Assembly: GCA_964439025.1 (NCBI GenBank)
Contig: CAYTMW010000006.1
Span: 21,833 to 85,832 of the forward strand
Length of the DNA stretch: 64,000 bases
From: an uncultured Gemmatimonas sp.
GTDB lineage: Bacteria > Gemmatimonadota > Gemmatimonadetes > Gemmatimonadales > GWC2-71-9
Direction of reading: 5' to 3'
A program made the position numbers and the translations under genes. Within the stretch, counting starts at the first letter, position 1. The number at the start of each line of letters is the position of its first letter. This document shows, piece by piece, positions 34,545-47,259 of the stretch. The notes below the pieces were generated by a model. It made no database searches. It saw nothing but the letters and a program-made list of their open reading frames with translations, and was not told the DNA's origin.

Positions 34545-37401
34545 TCACCGCTTCACACCCGGCATCGGGCGCTCGAGGGCACGCTCCCATGACCAGATGG
34601 TGCCGGCGCTCTCGAGGAGGAATAGACCGAGCGGCGCGAAACCCTCTGGAAGCTGCCAGGGAAGCTCGCCAACCCGGGTGCGGAATGTTCTGGATTCCAT
34701 CGGCCGCAGCGAAAACTCCTCGCCCTCGGCCGTGCCGAGGTTGAGCGCCCCTTCGGCCTCGACTCGGATCGTGATGCGCGCCGACCACGATTCGGTGCTG
34801 CGCGGCTCGGCGAACGCCGGTGAGAGCACCAGCGTCGCGGTCTTGTCGCCGGTCTGCCGGGGGAGATCGACCGCCAGCCGGGCGCTCGGGTAATTGACCG
34901 GGTTTTTCCCCAGGATGCGTCCTTCGGAATCGAGCAGCGTAAACCCCAGGTCGGTGAATCGCGGCCACAGCTCGGCATCGAGCTCGAGATCAATCACGAT
35001 GCGACGGACCCATTCCGGCAGCGAGACAGGCGCCGCGACATCCGGCCCTCCCGACCCGGTCATCACCAGGCGCCCCTCCCCGCCGATCACACCGACGCGG
35101 AGCCGCCCGCTCACCGCGGAATCGGTCAGGGCGCGCAGCAGCATCGTCATTGAATCGCTCGATGGGCGAGTGACCCAGAGCGCCACCGGCGCATGATCGA
35201 CCGTGATCTCCGCGGTGACAGGGCCTTTCGAGGTCGTGGCCGCCACCGCTTCATACCATCCGTCTCGTGCGTCGCGCCCGTCGATGTCGAACACCGCGGC
35301 CGCCGTGTCGGGACCGCCCGGGACGCCATTGTTTCCCGGAATCGGCTCTCCGCCGGGAAGGTACAAGGCCGCAATCAGCCGCTCTTTGGGTGAGGTGGTG
35401 GCGATCCGAACCTGAAACGGTCGCCCGGAGTCGGAGGGAAAGGTGACCCGGCGCGCCGCGCCCAGGGCGAGTCGCTCGGTCACCCGCACCGATGCGACCC
35501 GGCCCGACACGGGTACCACCACGGTGCTCACCAGGGTGAAGAGCGGACCCGCAACACCGGCTGCCGTGGCGCGCACGCCGGCCACATGCTCTCCGGGCTG
35601 TGTCGGCAGCCGCTGGATCAGAGTGAGCTCGGTGGTGGGGCTGTCGAGCCGGATTCGATTCGGCGCGATGAGCCAGTCGGCGTCGCTCGCGAGCGCAACG
35701 TCGACCGGCTCCGTTCCGCGACGCCGCGTCATGCGGAAACGCACCAGCGTATCCGCGGGCGCAGGGGCGATGCGGAATGCCGCCGTCGTGCCGGGACGGT
35801 CGACTGCCTTGATGTCGAACTCGGCGGGGGGCGCCGGACCGCGAAGAATCGACCAGGCCTTCGAAAGCTCCGGCACGCCGGCACCGGCATCAATCAGCGT
35901 CCCCCAGGGCACGGCGCGCCCGCTGCCGGTGAGCGCGCGCCGCATATCGTCCGCGGTGATTGTCCTGCGCTCTGCGAGCGCCCCCGACGCGAGCACGGCG
36001 GCGATGCCCGCGACATGGGGCGATGCCATGCTCGTTCCCGCCTTGATCTCCTCGCCGGTGTCCCAGCGCGGCACGGTCGAATAGGCGATACCGGGGACGA
36101 CGAGGTCCGGCTTGGCAAGTTCGCCGCCGCGCGAGCTGAAGAACATCAGCAGGTCCGGACCCGGGCGGCCGGTGAGCATCATCGCATCCGACAGCGCCGC
36201 CGGCTCGGTGGCGCCGACCGTGATCGCGCGGAGGGAAGAGCCCGGAAATCCCATCGTCGACATTCCGGGGCCATCGTTCCCCGCAGACGTCACGAATATC
36301 ACCGCGGGATTGGCGGTGAGCACCGAGTCGATGAGTTGATCGATCCGGGCGGCGCCTTCCCTCGCATTTCCGACGCCGAAGCTCATGTTCAGCACCAGCG
36401 GCATGCCCCGGGCCGCAGCAAACCGGATGGCGTAATCCATCGCCGTGAGCACACTGCCCGTGGTGGTGATGCCGCCGAAGTCGTTGCGGGCGATCTTGAG
36501 TCCCAGGAGCTGCGCCCCGGGGGCGGCGCCATCGAATCCCGTCACCCCTCCGATTCCGTGCGCCGCCGCAATCCCCGCGACATGGGTACCGTGGCCGCTG
36601 GTATCGAAGGAGAGATCGAGCTGCGGGACCGAGGGACCCTCGGTGAAGTTGACCGCGATCGTGAGCGGCGGCGGCTCGCCACCGCGATGCCAGCCGAAGG
36701 TCTCCCGGCCGGCGAGGTAGTCATGCACGGGACGCTCGTTGGCGAGAGAGCCGTCGCCGTCGGTATCGGCAAAGAGCACCCAACCGTCGCTTGCCTTCCC
36801 GACCAGGAGCGCCAGCGAATCGGAGTCAGTCGCGTTGTCATTGACATCGGAAGCCGGCGCCTCGCCGAGGGGCCTCTCGTGAAACACCCCGGCGTAGAGC
36901 GAGCCGCCACCGACGATGCCGCGCACCCGGCTCACCCCGGTGAGGCGACGGCCCGCCACGAGGAGCGTGTCGCCGCGAAGCACCGCCGCCGTGAGTGGAA
37001 TTCTACCCTCGCCCGAGAAATCCCGGAGGTCGAGCACCTTGGCCCGGCCCGTCGTGGTGGTGTCGAAGCCCGGGACGCCGGGGTCCAGACCGCTGTCGAG
37101 GATGCCGAGCAACACTCCCCGCCCGTCCCACGCGGGGTGCGCGGCGAGGAAGGCGGGTGTTCCGGTGGCTTCGCGGGGCATCCACCCCCTGGCATGCGCG
37201 ACCGCCGCGGGGACGACCGGGCGGCGGAGAATGGGAGGAGGATTCAGCGTCGGTGCGGGCGGGGTGGCGGGCGGACTATCCACCACGACGACCGCGGCGC
37301 GCACCGGCTGAGGCATGGGGCCGCCCGGGCCCGCCGTCTGCGTCGTCGCACACGCCGCGAGGGTGGCGAGTGTGGCGAGCACCCGCCAGGCCGGCCGCCT
37401 C

Positions 37402-37421
<20 letters not shown>
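34545..37421 (-). CDS. S8 (subtilisin-family) serine peptidase lipoprotein with TPPII-like domain spacing
   Basis: GILDSGLDPG (Asp), GHGTHVAGIAAAHG (His, about 175 aa later), GTSMASPHVAGIAAVLAS (Ser). Lipobox LATLAAC after the trimmed start MPRLRAERR. C-terminal region of about 470 aa. Confidence 0.85.
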
Positions 37422-39037
<1,616 letters not shown>

Positions 39038-39048
<11 letters not shown>

Positions 39049-39457
39049 GATGCGCGGCCGCCCAGGTGTTGATGTACTGGATGAGCTCCGTGGTGGGAGT
39101 GCCCGGCCCGAAGAGGCGGCCCACCCCGCGCTGCTGCAGGGCCTCGATGTCCTCGCGGGGAATGATGCCCCCGCCGGTAAGGAGGACGTCCGTGCGGCCC
39201 ATCTCGTCGAGGAGCCGGCGGACCCGGGGAAAGAGCGTCATGTGCGCGCCGCTCAGGATCGAGAGACCCACGACGTCCACGTCCTCCTGGACTGCCGCGG
39301 TCGCGATCATCTCCGGGGTCTGGTGCAGCCCGGTATAGATGACTTCCATCCCCGCGTCCCGCAGGGCCGCCGCGACCACCTTGGCGCCGCGGTCGTGGCC
39401 ATCGAGGCCGGGCTTGGCGACAAGAATCCGAATTGGTCGAGTTCGAGCAGTCGACAC
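39038..39457 (-). CDS. methylmalonyl-CoA mutase-type cobalamin-binding small subunit
   Basis: [35 protein letters not shown] (DxHxxG B12 motif), [13 protein letters not shown]. Confidence 0.9.
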
Positions 39458-39470
39458 AGATCCCTTTCTG

Positions 39471-39553
39471 TAGGCAGTAGGGAGTGGGCAGTGGGCAGTA
39501 GGAGAAAGCCTGTCCTATTGCCTATTGCCTACTGCCCATTGCCTACTGCCTTA
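39471..39553. repeat. tandem-heptamer hairpin, GGCAGT(A/G) units, twin of 13985-14068
   Basis: TAGGCAGTAGGGAGTGGGCAGTGGGCAGTAGG - loop - CTATTGCCTATTGCCTACTGCCCATTGCCTACTGCC. Lies between the eRF1-like gene stop and the B12-subunit start. Confidence 0.85.
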
Positions 39554-40714
39554 CCGAAATCTTAGTAACGCGGCAATCCCGTTAATCGTCTCCGCCGCAT
39601 CGGGCTCGAAGACCACGTCGAGGTCGACCCGCTGGCGCAGCGCTTCCTCGATTGCATCGTCGATCACGTCGGGAGCCGGGATTGCCGCTCCGAGGCTCCG
39701 GCAATCCCGGGCATTGAGCGTGAGCTTTCCGGTCACACCGCAGCGGAAACCCGGCACGCTCGCATCGGCGCGCACGAGCAGCGTGCGCACCTGACCCTTG
39801 GCGAGCGCATCGAGCGTGGCCCCGATGCCGTTCACGGCCCAGCCGGAGCCCTGCCCCAGGAGCATTTCGGCGACCAGGTGCCGCTCCAGCTTCCGCTCGA
39901 ACGCCTCCCGGACTTCGAGCGCGGTCGCGTGCACATCGGCGATCGACGCCTTTCGCCGCGCCATCCGCGCGGTGCCGACGACCTTGCCGGCGACGTACGG
40001 GTGGAGAAACATCCGGAGCGAATCGGCCTCGTTGCCCGCCGAGGCAAGCACGATCCCCCGGACGGGCTCCCGGCGATCCAGGTCGAAGAGCCGCGCGGCG
40101 ACGGCGTCGAAGAGCTGTTCCCGCTCATGCCGGAGCCGGTTATGGAACCCGTGCTCCCCTTTGCCTGGCGCCTCGTGCCGGTCGCTGTGGAAGCGGCCGC
40201 CTTTCCGGGCGGTGGCTTCGATGTCGGCGATCTTCTTCGCTTCGAATGCCGTGACTTCGTAAATCGTCGCCCCGCTCTTGTCCACTTCCGCGAGCAGGAG
40301 ACGGCCCACTTCATCCTCGAGCGCGGCGAGCTCCCGCACCAGCGCTGTCCGGTCCACCAGCAGGCGGGAGCGATGCACCCGCGGGAGCGGGATGATCTCG
40401 AAGAGACCGAGCGGTTTGGAGACGAAGACGGCCAGCCCCTGCGTCGGCGGCAGCGCATCGGGCCGCTGCAGCATCACCTGAAGCTTGTGCAGATCGCCGA
40501 TCACCTGCTCAGTCTCCTGCCGGTCGAGACCTTCTGCGGGGAGCGCCTCGATCACCTCACGGATGCGATTCTTGAGCTTGATCAGGTACTTCCCCCGCGA
40601 GCGATCGCGCGGCTCCAGCTTGAGGTAACAGCTCACGATCCAGTGTTTGCCCGCAGGCAGCCGCACCAGCCGCTGGAGCTGGCGCCGGATCTCGGTCAGC
40701 GCGCGCGATGCCAT
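39551..40714 (-). CDS. archaeo-eukaryotic release factor (eRF1/Pelota)-like protein, bacterial baeRF-type
   Basis: ARKGGRFHSDRHE..FHNRLRHEREQLFDAVAARL parallels the eRF1 GGQ-loop segment. C-terminal WAVNGIGATLDALAKGQVRTLLV resembles the eRF1/Pelota domain pattern. AGGAG overlaps the mutase stop 9 nt upstream. Confidence 0.5.
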   Translation of the reverse strand: MASRALTEIRRQLQRLVRLPAGKHWIVSCYLKLEPRDRSRGKYLIKLKNRIREVIEALPAEGLDRQETEQVIGDLHKLQVMLQRPDALPPTQGLAVFVSKPLGLFEIIPLPRVHRSRLLVDRTALVRELAALEDEVGRLLLAEVDKSGATIYEVTAFEAKKIADIEATARKGGRFHSDRHEAPGKGEHGFHNRLRHEREQLFDAVAARLFDLDRREPVRGIVLASAGNEADSLRMFLHPYVAGKVVGTARMARRKASIADVHATALEVREAFERKLERHLVAEMLLGQGSGWAVNGIGATLDALAKGQVRTLLVRADASVPGFRCGVTGKLTLNARDCRSLGAAIPAPDVIDDAIEEALRQRVDLDVVFEPDAAETINGIAALLRFR

Positions 40715-40723
40715 CGGTCGCTC

Positions 40724-42391
40724 CTAGAAAAAAACCGGCTCGCGGTAGGCGCCGTACACCCGCTCGAGCACCTCGCGAATCTCGAACAGAGTGCAATAGG
40801 CGCGGGCGCAATCCATCATCCCGGGAATCACATTACGGTCGGCGACGGCGGCGGCGTGCAGCGCGGCGAGAGTCGCTTCCACCCGGGTCCCGTCCCGCCC
40901 GGCGCGGAGTCGCGCCATGCGGCCGCGCTGCACCCGGTCGGCGTCGTCGCCGATGCGGAGGATCTCCGGCGGGGCGGCCTCCTCCTCGACGAAATCGTTG
41001 ACGCCGACGATGACCCGCCTCTCGCTCTCGAGCTCCGACTGGAAGCGCGCGGCGCTCTGCGCGATCTGGCGCTGGAACCACCCCGACTCGATCGCCGGGA
41101 CCACTCCCCCCTGGGCCTCGATGTCCGCGAACAGCGCTTCGGCCTCGCGCTCCATCTGGTCGGTGAGCGCCTCGACGTAATAGGAACCGCCCAGCGGATC
41201 GGCGGTGTTGGGGACGCCGGTCTCCACGGCCAGGATCTGCTGCGTCCGGAGCGCGATACGCACCGATTCTTCGGTGGGAAGGGCAAGCGTCTCGTCGAGT
41301 GCGTTGGTGTGCAGCGACTGGGTTCCCCCCAGCACGGCCGCCAGCGCCTGGTACGCGACCCGGACGATGTTGTTCATCGGCTGCTGGGCGGTGAGGGTGA
41401 CCCCGGCGGTCTGGCAGTGGAACCGCATTTTCCAGCTGCGCTCGTCCCGCGCCCCGTAGCGCTCGCGGAGATGGCGCGCCCAGATCCTGCGAGCGGCGCG
41501 CATCTTGGCGATCTCCTCGAAGAAATCGTTATGTACGTCCCAGAAGAATGAGAGGCGCGGCGCGAAGGTGTCGACCGCCAGGCCGCGCGCGACGCCGTGC
41601 TCGATGTAGGAAAAGCCGTTGGCGAGCGTGAACGCCAGCTCCTGGGACGCGGTGGCTCCGGCCTCACGGATGTGGTACCCGGAGATCGAAATGGTGTTCC
41701 ACTGCGGGGTGTGCTCCGCCGCCCACTCGAACATGTCCACGATGATCTTGAGCGCGGGCTCCGGCGGATACACCCAGGCGTGCTGCGCCATGTACTCCTT
41801 GAGGATGTCGTTCTGCACCGTCCCCTGAAGCTTCCGGATATCCACCCCCTGCCGCTCGGCTGCCGCCACGTAAAAACAGAACAGGATCGCGGCGGGACCG
41901 TTGATGGTCATGGACGTCGAGACGCGGTCGAGAGGAATCCCGTCGAAGAGCGTCTCCATGTCGGCCAGACTGGAGATCGCGACGCCGCACTTGCCCACCT
42001 CGCCCTCGGAGCGCGGATGGTCGGAGTCGTATCCCATCAGCGTGGGAAAATCGAACGCGACGGACAAGCCCGTCTGCCCGCGCTCAAGCAGAAACTTGTA
42101 GCGCCGGTTGGTGTCCTCCGCCGTGCCGAAGCCGGCGAACTGCCGCATCGTCCACAATTTTCCGCGGTACATCGTGGGATGAATCCCACGAGTGAAGGGC
42201 CAGATTCCCGGCAGCTCGCCGGGGTCCCCGAGCGTGCCTGCGAGGTCGAGTGGGGTGTACACCGGCTCGACCGGACGCCCGGAGACGCTGGTGAATTCGA
42301 CGTCCCGGCGCGTCGGCAGTTTGCCATAGGAGGCCCGCCACTCCGCCACCTCGGCCCGCAGCCGCTCCAACTCCGCGTCGCGTGCACTCAT
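40724..42391 (-). CDS. methylmalonyl-CoA mutase, large catalytic subunit
   Basis: [60 protein letters not shown]. Start at the ATG 42391 (ATGA overlap with the meaB stop). The 951-aa track ORF is a run-on. Confidence 0.93.
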   Translation of the reverse strand: MSARDAELERLRAEVAEWRASYGKLPTRRDVEFTSVSGRPVEPVYTPLDLAGTLGDPGELPGIWPFTRGIHPTMYRGKLWTMRQFAGFGTAEDTNRRYKFLLERGQTGLSVAFDFPTLMGYDSDHPRSEGEVGKCGVAISSLADMETLFDGIPLDRVSTSMTINGPAAILFCFYVAAAERQGVDIRKLQGTVQNDILKEYMAQHAWVYPPEPALKIIVDMFEWAAEHTPQWNTISISGYHIREAGATASQELAFTLANGFSYIEHGVARGLAVDTFAPRLSFFWDVHNDFFEEIAKMRAARRIWARHLRERYGARDERSWKMRFHCQTAGVTLTAQQPMNNIVRVAYQALAAVLGGTQSLHTNALDETLALPTEESVRIALRTQQILAVETGVPNTADPLGGSYYVEALTDQMEREAEALFADIEAQGGVVPAIESGWFQRQIAQSAARFQSELESERRVIVGVNDFVEEEAAPPEILRIGDDADRVQRGRMARLRAGRDGTRVEATLAALHAAAVADRNVIPGMMDCARAYCTLFEIREVLERVYGAYREPVFF

Positions 42392-43443
42392 ACCCGCGCT
42401 CCTTCCTTCATACCGGCCACGATGTCCATTGCGAGCTCGTAGGGACTGATTCGCCCGGCAGCGAGGTCGTCGAGGCGCTCCCGCAGGAGCTCCTCGGCGC
42501 GGGTCTCCCGCCAGATCCACCGGTGGACCGACCGATCCACCACCTCGCGCGTGCGCGCGGCGAGCCGCTTGGTCCGGCGCGCGGCGAGCTCGCCGGTCTC
42601 CTGCATCCAGCGGTAGTGCTTCTCGAGCGCCTCGACCAGCGCCTCGGTGCCTTCCCCCTTCGCCGCGGAGGTGAGGAGCACCGGATGCTCCCAGGCCGGA
42701 GCGGCGCGGCCGTCCTGCACGCCCGTTCCAGCGGCGGCCGCGCGCGCCGCTGCGCTGAGGTCCACACCGTGATGCGCCTTCATCCCCCGGAACGCATTGC
42801 CCATCCGGATACCGAGGGTCACCTCGATCTCGCGCGCGAGCGTGTCCGCGCCGGGGCGGTCCGCCTTGTTGACGACGTACAGGTCCGCCGCTTCCATCAC
42901 ACCCGACTTGAGGGTCTGAATGGCGTCGCCCGATTCGGGGACCAGCAGGAGCACGGTGGAATCGGCCATTCCGGTGACTGCGAGCTCCGATTGCCCCACG
43001 CCCACGGTCTCGATCAGGATGCGCTGAAAGCCCCCGGCATCGAGGACATCGCAGACCTCGCGGGTGCTGGTGGCGAGACCGCCGACCGAGCCTCGCGTCG
43101 CCATCGACCGGATATAGACGCCGCGATCCATGGCGACCGATTCCATGCGGATCCGGTCGCCGAGCAGCGCGCCTCCCGAGAAGGGACTGGTGGGATCGAC
43201 CGCCACGACGGCCACCGTGTATCCCCGCTCGCGCCAGGCCTGGACCAGCAGCCGGGTGAGGGTCGACTTTCCCGCGCCGGGCGGGCCGGTGATGCCGACC
43301 CGATGCGCCTGGCCGAGTCGCGGATGCACCGCGGCGAGGAGCTGCTCGAAACCCGGCCGCCCGTTTTCCACGACGGAAATCGCGCGGGCCAACGCGGCAG
43401 TCCGGCCCGCGGCGAGGTCGGCGATGAGCGTGTCGAGATCCAT
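42388..43443 (-). CDS. meaB: methylmalonyl-CoA mutase-associated G3E GTPase
   Basis: [13 protein letters not shown] (P-loop), [39 protein letters not shown]. Confidence 0.92.
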   Translation of the reverse strand: MDLDTLIADLAAGRTAALARAISVVENGRPGFEQLLAAVHPRLGQAHRVGITGPPGAGKSTLTRLLVQAWRERGYTVAVVAVDPTSPFSGGALLGDRIRMESVAMDRGVYIRSMATRGSVGGLATSTREVCDVLDAGGFQRILIETVGVGQSELAVTGMADSTVLLLVPESGDAIQTLKSGVMEAADLYVVNKADRPGADTLAREIEVTLGIRMGNAFRGMKAHHGVDLSAAARAAAAGTGVQDGRAAPAWEHPVLLTSAAKGEGTEALVEALEKHYRWMQETGELAARRTKRLAARTREVVDRSVHRWIWRETRAEELLRERLDDLAAGRISPYELAMDIVAGMKEGARV

Positions 43444-43458
43444 GCTGGAAAGTGGCAC

Positions 43459-43526
43459 GGAGGAGGCAAAGAGGCAAAGAGGCACAGAGGCAGGTGGTTT
43501 TCTTTGCCTCCTTGCCTCCTTGCCGC
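43459..43526. repeat. tandem-octamer hairpin, GAGGCAAA / TTTGCCTC units
   Basis: GGAGGAGGCAAAGAGGCAAAGAGGCACAGAGGCAGG - TGGTTTTC - TTTGCCTCCTTGCCTCCTTGCCGC, immediately 3' of the mgtE stop. Confidence 0.8.
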
Positions 43527-44870
43527 TTACAACAGGAGCAGTCCCCCCAGCCCAAGGAGCAAGGCGAACCCGCAGACATCGGTGAAGGCGGTCACGAAAA
43601 TGGACGACGCGATGGCGGGATCGATGTTGAAGCGCTTGAGGAGGAGCGGGATGGACGCCCCGGCGAAACCGGCGACGAAGAGATTCCCCGTCATGGCGAG
43701 GAAGACGAGCAGGCCGAACATTGCCGACATGCCGGTGATGAGGGCGACGACCGTCGCCACCGCGCCGATGGCGAGCCCATTCGTCACCCCGACCAGTATC
43801 TCCTTGGTGATGACTTGGCGGAAATCCTCGCGGGAAATCAGCCCGAGGGCCAGTCGCCGTACGGTGACCGCGAGTGCCTGGGTCCCGGTGTTTCCCCCCA
43901 TGCCCGCGATGACCGGCATCCAGACCGTGAGGGCGATGAAGCGGCTCAGGTTCGACTGGAAATAGGCGACGACCCCTCCTGCCGCGAAGGCGGTGACGAG
44001 GTTGACGAGCAGCCAGGGGAGCCGGGTCTTGACCGCCTCGAACCAGCGGGCGCCGAGATCCTCGGTGGCGGAGACACCACCGAACCGCAGGAGGTCTTCC
44101 GTCGCCTCCATCTCGACCACGTCGGACACGTCGTCGAAGGTGATCCGGCCCAGCAGGCGGCCGTCCCGGTCCACCACCGGAATGCTGGGCACGTTGTACC
44201 GGGCCATCAGGCGCGCCACTTCTTCCTGGTCCATCTCCGGTCCGACGGTGACGTCGGGCTCCTGCATCAGCTCGCGGACGGGACGGTCCGGCGCCCCGAG
44301 CACCAGCTGCTTGAAGCCCAGGATTCCGAGCAGCCGCCGGTTCTGGTCGAGCACGTAGACCTCGGCAAATTCCTCCACGTCCTCCGCCTGCTTCCGGATG
44401 TTCTCGAGAGCGTCGCGCACCGTTTCGTCTTCATTCACGGTGACCATCGCCCCGGTCATCAGGCCGCCGGCAGATTCCTCGTCGTACTCGAGCAGCCGCT
44501 CGACGGTGCGGCGCTCCTCCGGCTCCACCGCCGAGAGAATCCGCTGCTGCTGCTCCGGCTCCAGCTCGCCGAGGAGATCGGCCGCATCGTCGTCCGGCAT
44601 CTCCCCGACGATCTCGGCTGCCTGCTCGGTGGTCAGCGCCGCGAGCGTATCCTCCGCGTGCTCCACGTCCGGCATGGCGACCAGCGCCCCGCCGGTGAGA
44701 TCCGGCGGCAATAGCTTGGCGATCTCGACCCGCTCGTCCTCATCCGCCAGGGCCAGCACGTCGGCGAGATCGGCCGGCTCGAGCATCCTGGCCCGCGCGA
44801 AGAACTCGCTGACGTTCCCATCACGCAGCAGCGCGATCATCTTGGCCGGCTTGAGCGGCTTCTTGATCAT
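43527..44870 (-). CDS. mgtE: magnesium transporter MgtE
   Basis: N-domain, tandem CBS ([19 protein letters not shown]), C-terminal TM domain with [13 protein letters not shown]. Confidence 0.92.
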   Translation of the reverse strand: MIKKPLKPAKMIALLRDGNVSEFFARARMLEPADLADVLALADEDERVEIAKLLPPDLTGGALVAMPDVEHAEDTLAALTTEQAAEIVGEMPDDDAADLLGELEPEQQQRILSAVEPEERRTVERLLEYDEESAGGLMTGAMVTVNEDETVRDALENIRKQAEDVEEFAEVYVLDQNRRLLGILGFKQLVLGAPDRPVRELMQEPDVTVGPEMDQEEVARLMARYNVPSIPVVDRDGRLLGRITFDDVSDVVEMEATEDLLRFGGVSATEDLGARWFEAVKTRLPWLLVNLVTAFAAGGVVAYFQSNLSRFIALTVWMPVIAGMGGNTGTQALAVTVRRLALGLISREDFRQVITKEILVGVTNGLAIGAVATVVALITGMSAMFGLLVFLAMTGNLFVAGFAGASIPLLLKRFNIDPAIASSIFVTAFTDVCGFALLLGLGGLLLL

Positions 44871-46057
44871 GGCGGGCTCCGGTCCAGCGGGACGGAGGCG
44901 GGCGTGCCGCGCCGCACCAGGAGGCGCTCGATCCGGGTGCGGGTGGCCTGGAGCACATCGAACTCGAGTCCGCGAATTAGGAAGCGTTCCCCCGCCGAGG
45001 GAAAGCGCCCGGCGAGCTCGGCGAGGCGGCCGCCCACGGTCGTGGCCTGTCCCTCGGGCATGCTTACCCCGAAGCGCTCTTCCAGCTCGGATACCGGGAC
45101 GACGCCCTCGAGCTCGACGAGATCGGGATTGGTGGCGGCAGAGCCGGTGACCGGCTCGTCCTCGTCCACGATTTCTCCGACCATCGCTTCGAGCAGATCT
45201 TCCAGCGTCACGATCCCGAGGGTTCCGCCGAACTCATCGAGGACAATCGCGAGATGCCGTCGCTCCCGCTGCATGTCGATCAGCACGTCCCCGCAGCTCC
45301 GGCTGGCGGGCGCCACCGCCAGCGGCCGGACCGGGAGAGGATCGCCGGCGGCCAGACGGAAGAGATCGAAGGCGTGGACCATGCCCACCATTTCATCGAG
45401 CGTGCCGCGATACACCGGCAGGCGGCTGTAGCCGCTCTGGACGAACGCCGCGCGCACCTCTTCGACCGATGCGTCCTCGGGGAGCGCGATGAGGTCGGTG
45501 CGCGGCGTCATGACGCTGCGCACCGTGCGCTGCGAGAAGCTGATGACCCCACCGACCCGGAGCAGCTCGTCGTCCGGCGCGACGCCGCTCCGCGCCCGCT
45601 CCCGCCAGAGCTCGGTGATGAGCGTTTCAGGACGGACCCTCGGCGCGGGGAGGATCCCGGCGAGCACGGCGGCCCAGGGACGCAGGATCGGGCGGAAATG
45701 CTCGGCGACCCGGGCCGCGCGGCGGTAGGTGAGAAAGCGCGGGAGCACGTAGCCGCTCAACAGCACCACGGGAATCGCCAGAAGGATCAGGAGGAGGAGG
45801 AGCCGCGGCAGCGTCGCGCCGGCGAAAATGCCGGGGAAGACCGCGCCGAGCATCGCGATCCCGAGGGTCGTCGTGACCGACGCCGCGGCGAGGTCACGCT
45901 CGAGTGGTGCGAGCCAGGCCAGGGAATCCTTGCCCCCTCGAAGCCGTCGCGCCACGACCTCGGCGAGCCGGCTCCGGCTCGAGGTGATGAGGGCCGCGGC
46001 GGTGGTCGCGCCGAAGACCGTCAGCAGCAGGCCGAGGAGGACGACGGTCCAGATCAT
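44867..46057 (-). CDS. CNNM/CorC-HlyC family protein (DUF21-CBS-CorC_HlyC)
   Basis: N-terminal TM domain, VMTPRTDLIAL, HLAIVLDEFGGTLGIVTLEDLLE, C-terminal transporter-associated domain. Confidence 0.85.
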   Translation of the reverse strand: MIWTVVLLGLLLTVFGATTAAALITSSRSRLAEVVARRLRGGKDSLAWLAPLERDLAAASVTTTLGIAMLGAVFPGIFAGATLPRLLLLLILLAIPVVLLSGYVLPRFLTYRRAARVAEHFRPILRPWAAVLAGILPAPRVRPETLITELWRERARSGVAPDDELLRVGGVISFSQRTVRSVMTPRTDLIALPEDASVEEVRAAFVQSGYSRLPVYRGTLDEMVGMVHAFDLFRLAAGDPLPVRPLAVAPASRSCGDVLIDMQRERRHLAIVLDEFGGTLGIVTLEDLLEAMVGEIVDEDEPVTGSAATNPDLVELEGVVPVSELEERFGVSMPEGQATTVGGRLAELAGRFPSAGERFLIRGLEFDVLQATRTRIERLLVRRGTPASVPLDRSPP

Positions 46058-47259
46058 GTTCTCGGCTCCGGGACAGCCGATACCGGCGCCGCCGGTACTT
46101 CGGGCGTCACCGTCACCCGGCGGATGCGCCGGCGCGCAACCTGATCCACCGTGAGGCGGTAGCCGTCGAGCGTGAGCGTCTCGCCGGCGCGAGGCACCCG
46201 GCCCAGCGCCGCGAGCACGAGACCACCGACGGTGCTCACGTCCTCGCGCGCAAAACTGTGGCCCAGCTCGCTCTCGAGATCGGCGAGCGACACTCCACCC
46301 TGCACCGCCCAGCCCCCTTCGGCGAGACGCTGCACCGGCGCCACCTCGTCGGTGTCGTATTCGTCACGGATTTCGCCGACGATCTGTTCCAGCACATCTT
46401 CGAGCGTCACGATCCCCGAGGTTCCGCCGAACTCGTCGACCACAACCACCAGATGGCTGCCGCTGCGCTGGAAATCCCGGAGCTGGCGGTCGAGCGTCTT
46501 CGCCTCGGGAACTCCCTCCGCCGGCCGGATCAGTGGATGCCAGTCCGCCGGGCCTGTGGTGGGGCCAAGACCCGGGAGGAGATCCTTCGCATAGATCACG
46601 CCCGTCACGGAATCGGGATCGCCATCCACCACCAGCAGGCGCGAGTGCTCCGCCTGGCGGAAGGTCTCGATGACCTTGTCGCGCGAGGCGGAGAAATCGA
46701 CCGACATGAGATCGAGCCGCGGCGTCATCACGTCGGACACAGACACTTCCGCGAGCGCGAGCACGCCGGTCAGCATCTGGCGCTCTGCGATCTGGCTGTC
46801 GCGAGGGGAGGTGCGGCGTGGACGGAATCCGCGATCGACCCAGGCGACCGCGCTCAGAAGGGGCCGAAAGAGGGTCAGCGTGAGCTGCACGAACGGTCCG
46901 TCGAAGCCGACCGATCCCGGCTCGTTGGCCGCCCAGAGACGGGGAGCCACCTCCCCGAGGATCCAGACCAGGAAAACGGCCAGCAGGTACCGGAAGAGCG
47001 CTTCCGAGGGCGCCCAGGCCCACCAGGCCAGCGCGGTTCCGGCGAGTGCCGCCGCGATGGCCAGCAACGCGAGGTGGAGGACGTGGAGGCTGCGCGCGCG
47101 GGGAAGCGGGCCCGTCCGTGAGCCCGACGATGGTGTGAGGAGGCGGGGGACACCCGCGTCATCCTGCTCGGCGAGGGAAACCGCGGCGGCCCAGAGGGTG
47201 AACAGGCCAGCGAGGAGCGCGACCCAAAGCTGAAGCGCCGACAGAATGGAGGGAATCAT
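46054..47259 (-). CDS. CNNM/CorC-HlyC family protein, second paralogue
   Basis: VMTPRLDLMSV, HLVVVVDEFGGTSGIVTLEDVLEQIVGEI. Start trimmed to the ATG 47259 (ATGA overlap with the ybeY stop). Confidence 0.85.
   Translation of the reverse strand: MIPSILSALQLWVALLAGLFTLWAAAVSLAEQDDAGVPRLLTPSSGSRTGPLPRARSLHVLHLALLAIAAALAGTALAWWAWAPSEALFRYLLAVFLVWILGEVAPRLWAANEPGSVGFDGPFVQLTLTLFRPLLSAVAWVDRGFRPRRTSPRDSQIAERQMLTGVLALAEVSVSDVMTPRLDLMSVDFSASRDKVIETFRQAEHSRLLVVDGDPDSVTGVIYAKDLLPGLGPTTGPADWHPLIRPAEGVPEAKTLDRQLRDFQRSGSHLVVVVDEFGGTSGIVTLEDVLEQIVGEIRDEYDTDEVAPVQRLAEGGWAVQGGVSLADLESELGHSFAREDVSTVGGLVLAALGRVPRAGETLTLDGYRLTVDQVARRRIRRVTVTPEVPAAPVSAVPEPRT

Noticed and set aside
33781-34893. 370-aa plus-strand ORF
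   Set aside because: A run-on. Only residues ~71-185 look like a real (GxxExxY) protein. The remainder is antisense to the S8 peptidase 3' end and has no features.
40724-43579. 951-aa ORF fusing the mutase with upstream sequence
   Set aside because: The N-terminal ~395 aa are an out-of-frame reading through meaB with junk composition. The mutase homology starts at [11 protein letters not shown] (ATG 42391), which overlaps the meaB stop.
39458-44870. Cobalamin riboswitch ahead of the mutase genes, or an M-box ahead of mgtE
   Set aside because: mgtE, meaB and the mutase large subunit have overlapping or roughly 15-80-nt upstream gaps filled by the repeat hairpins. There is no room for these riboswitches, and no B12-box-like sequence was seen.
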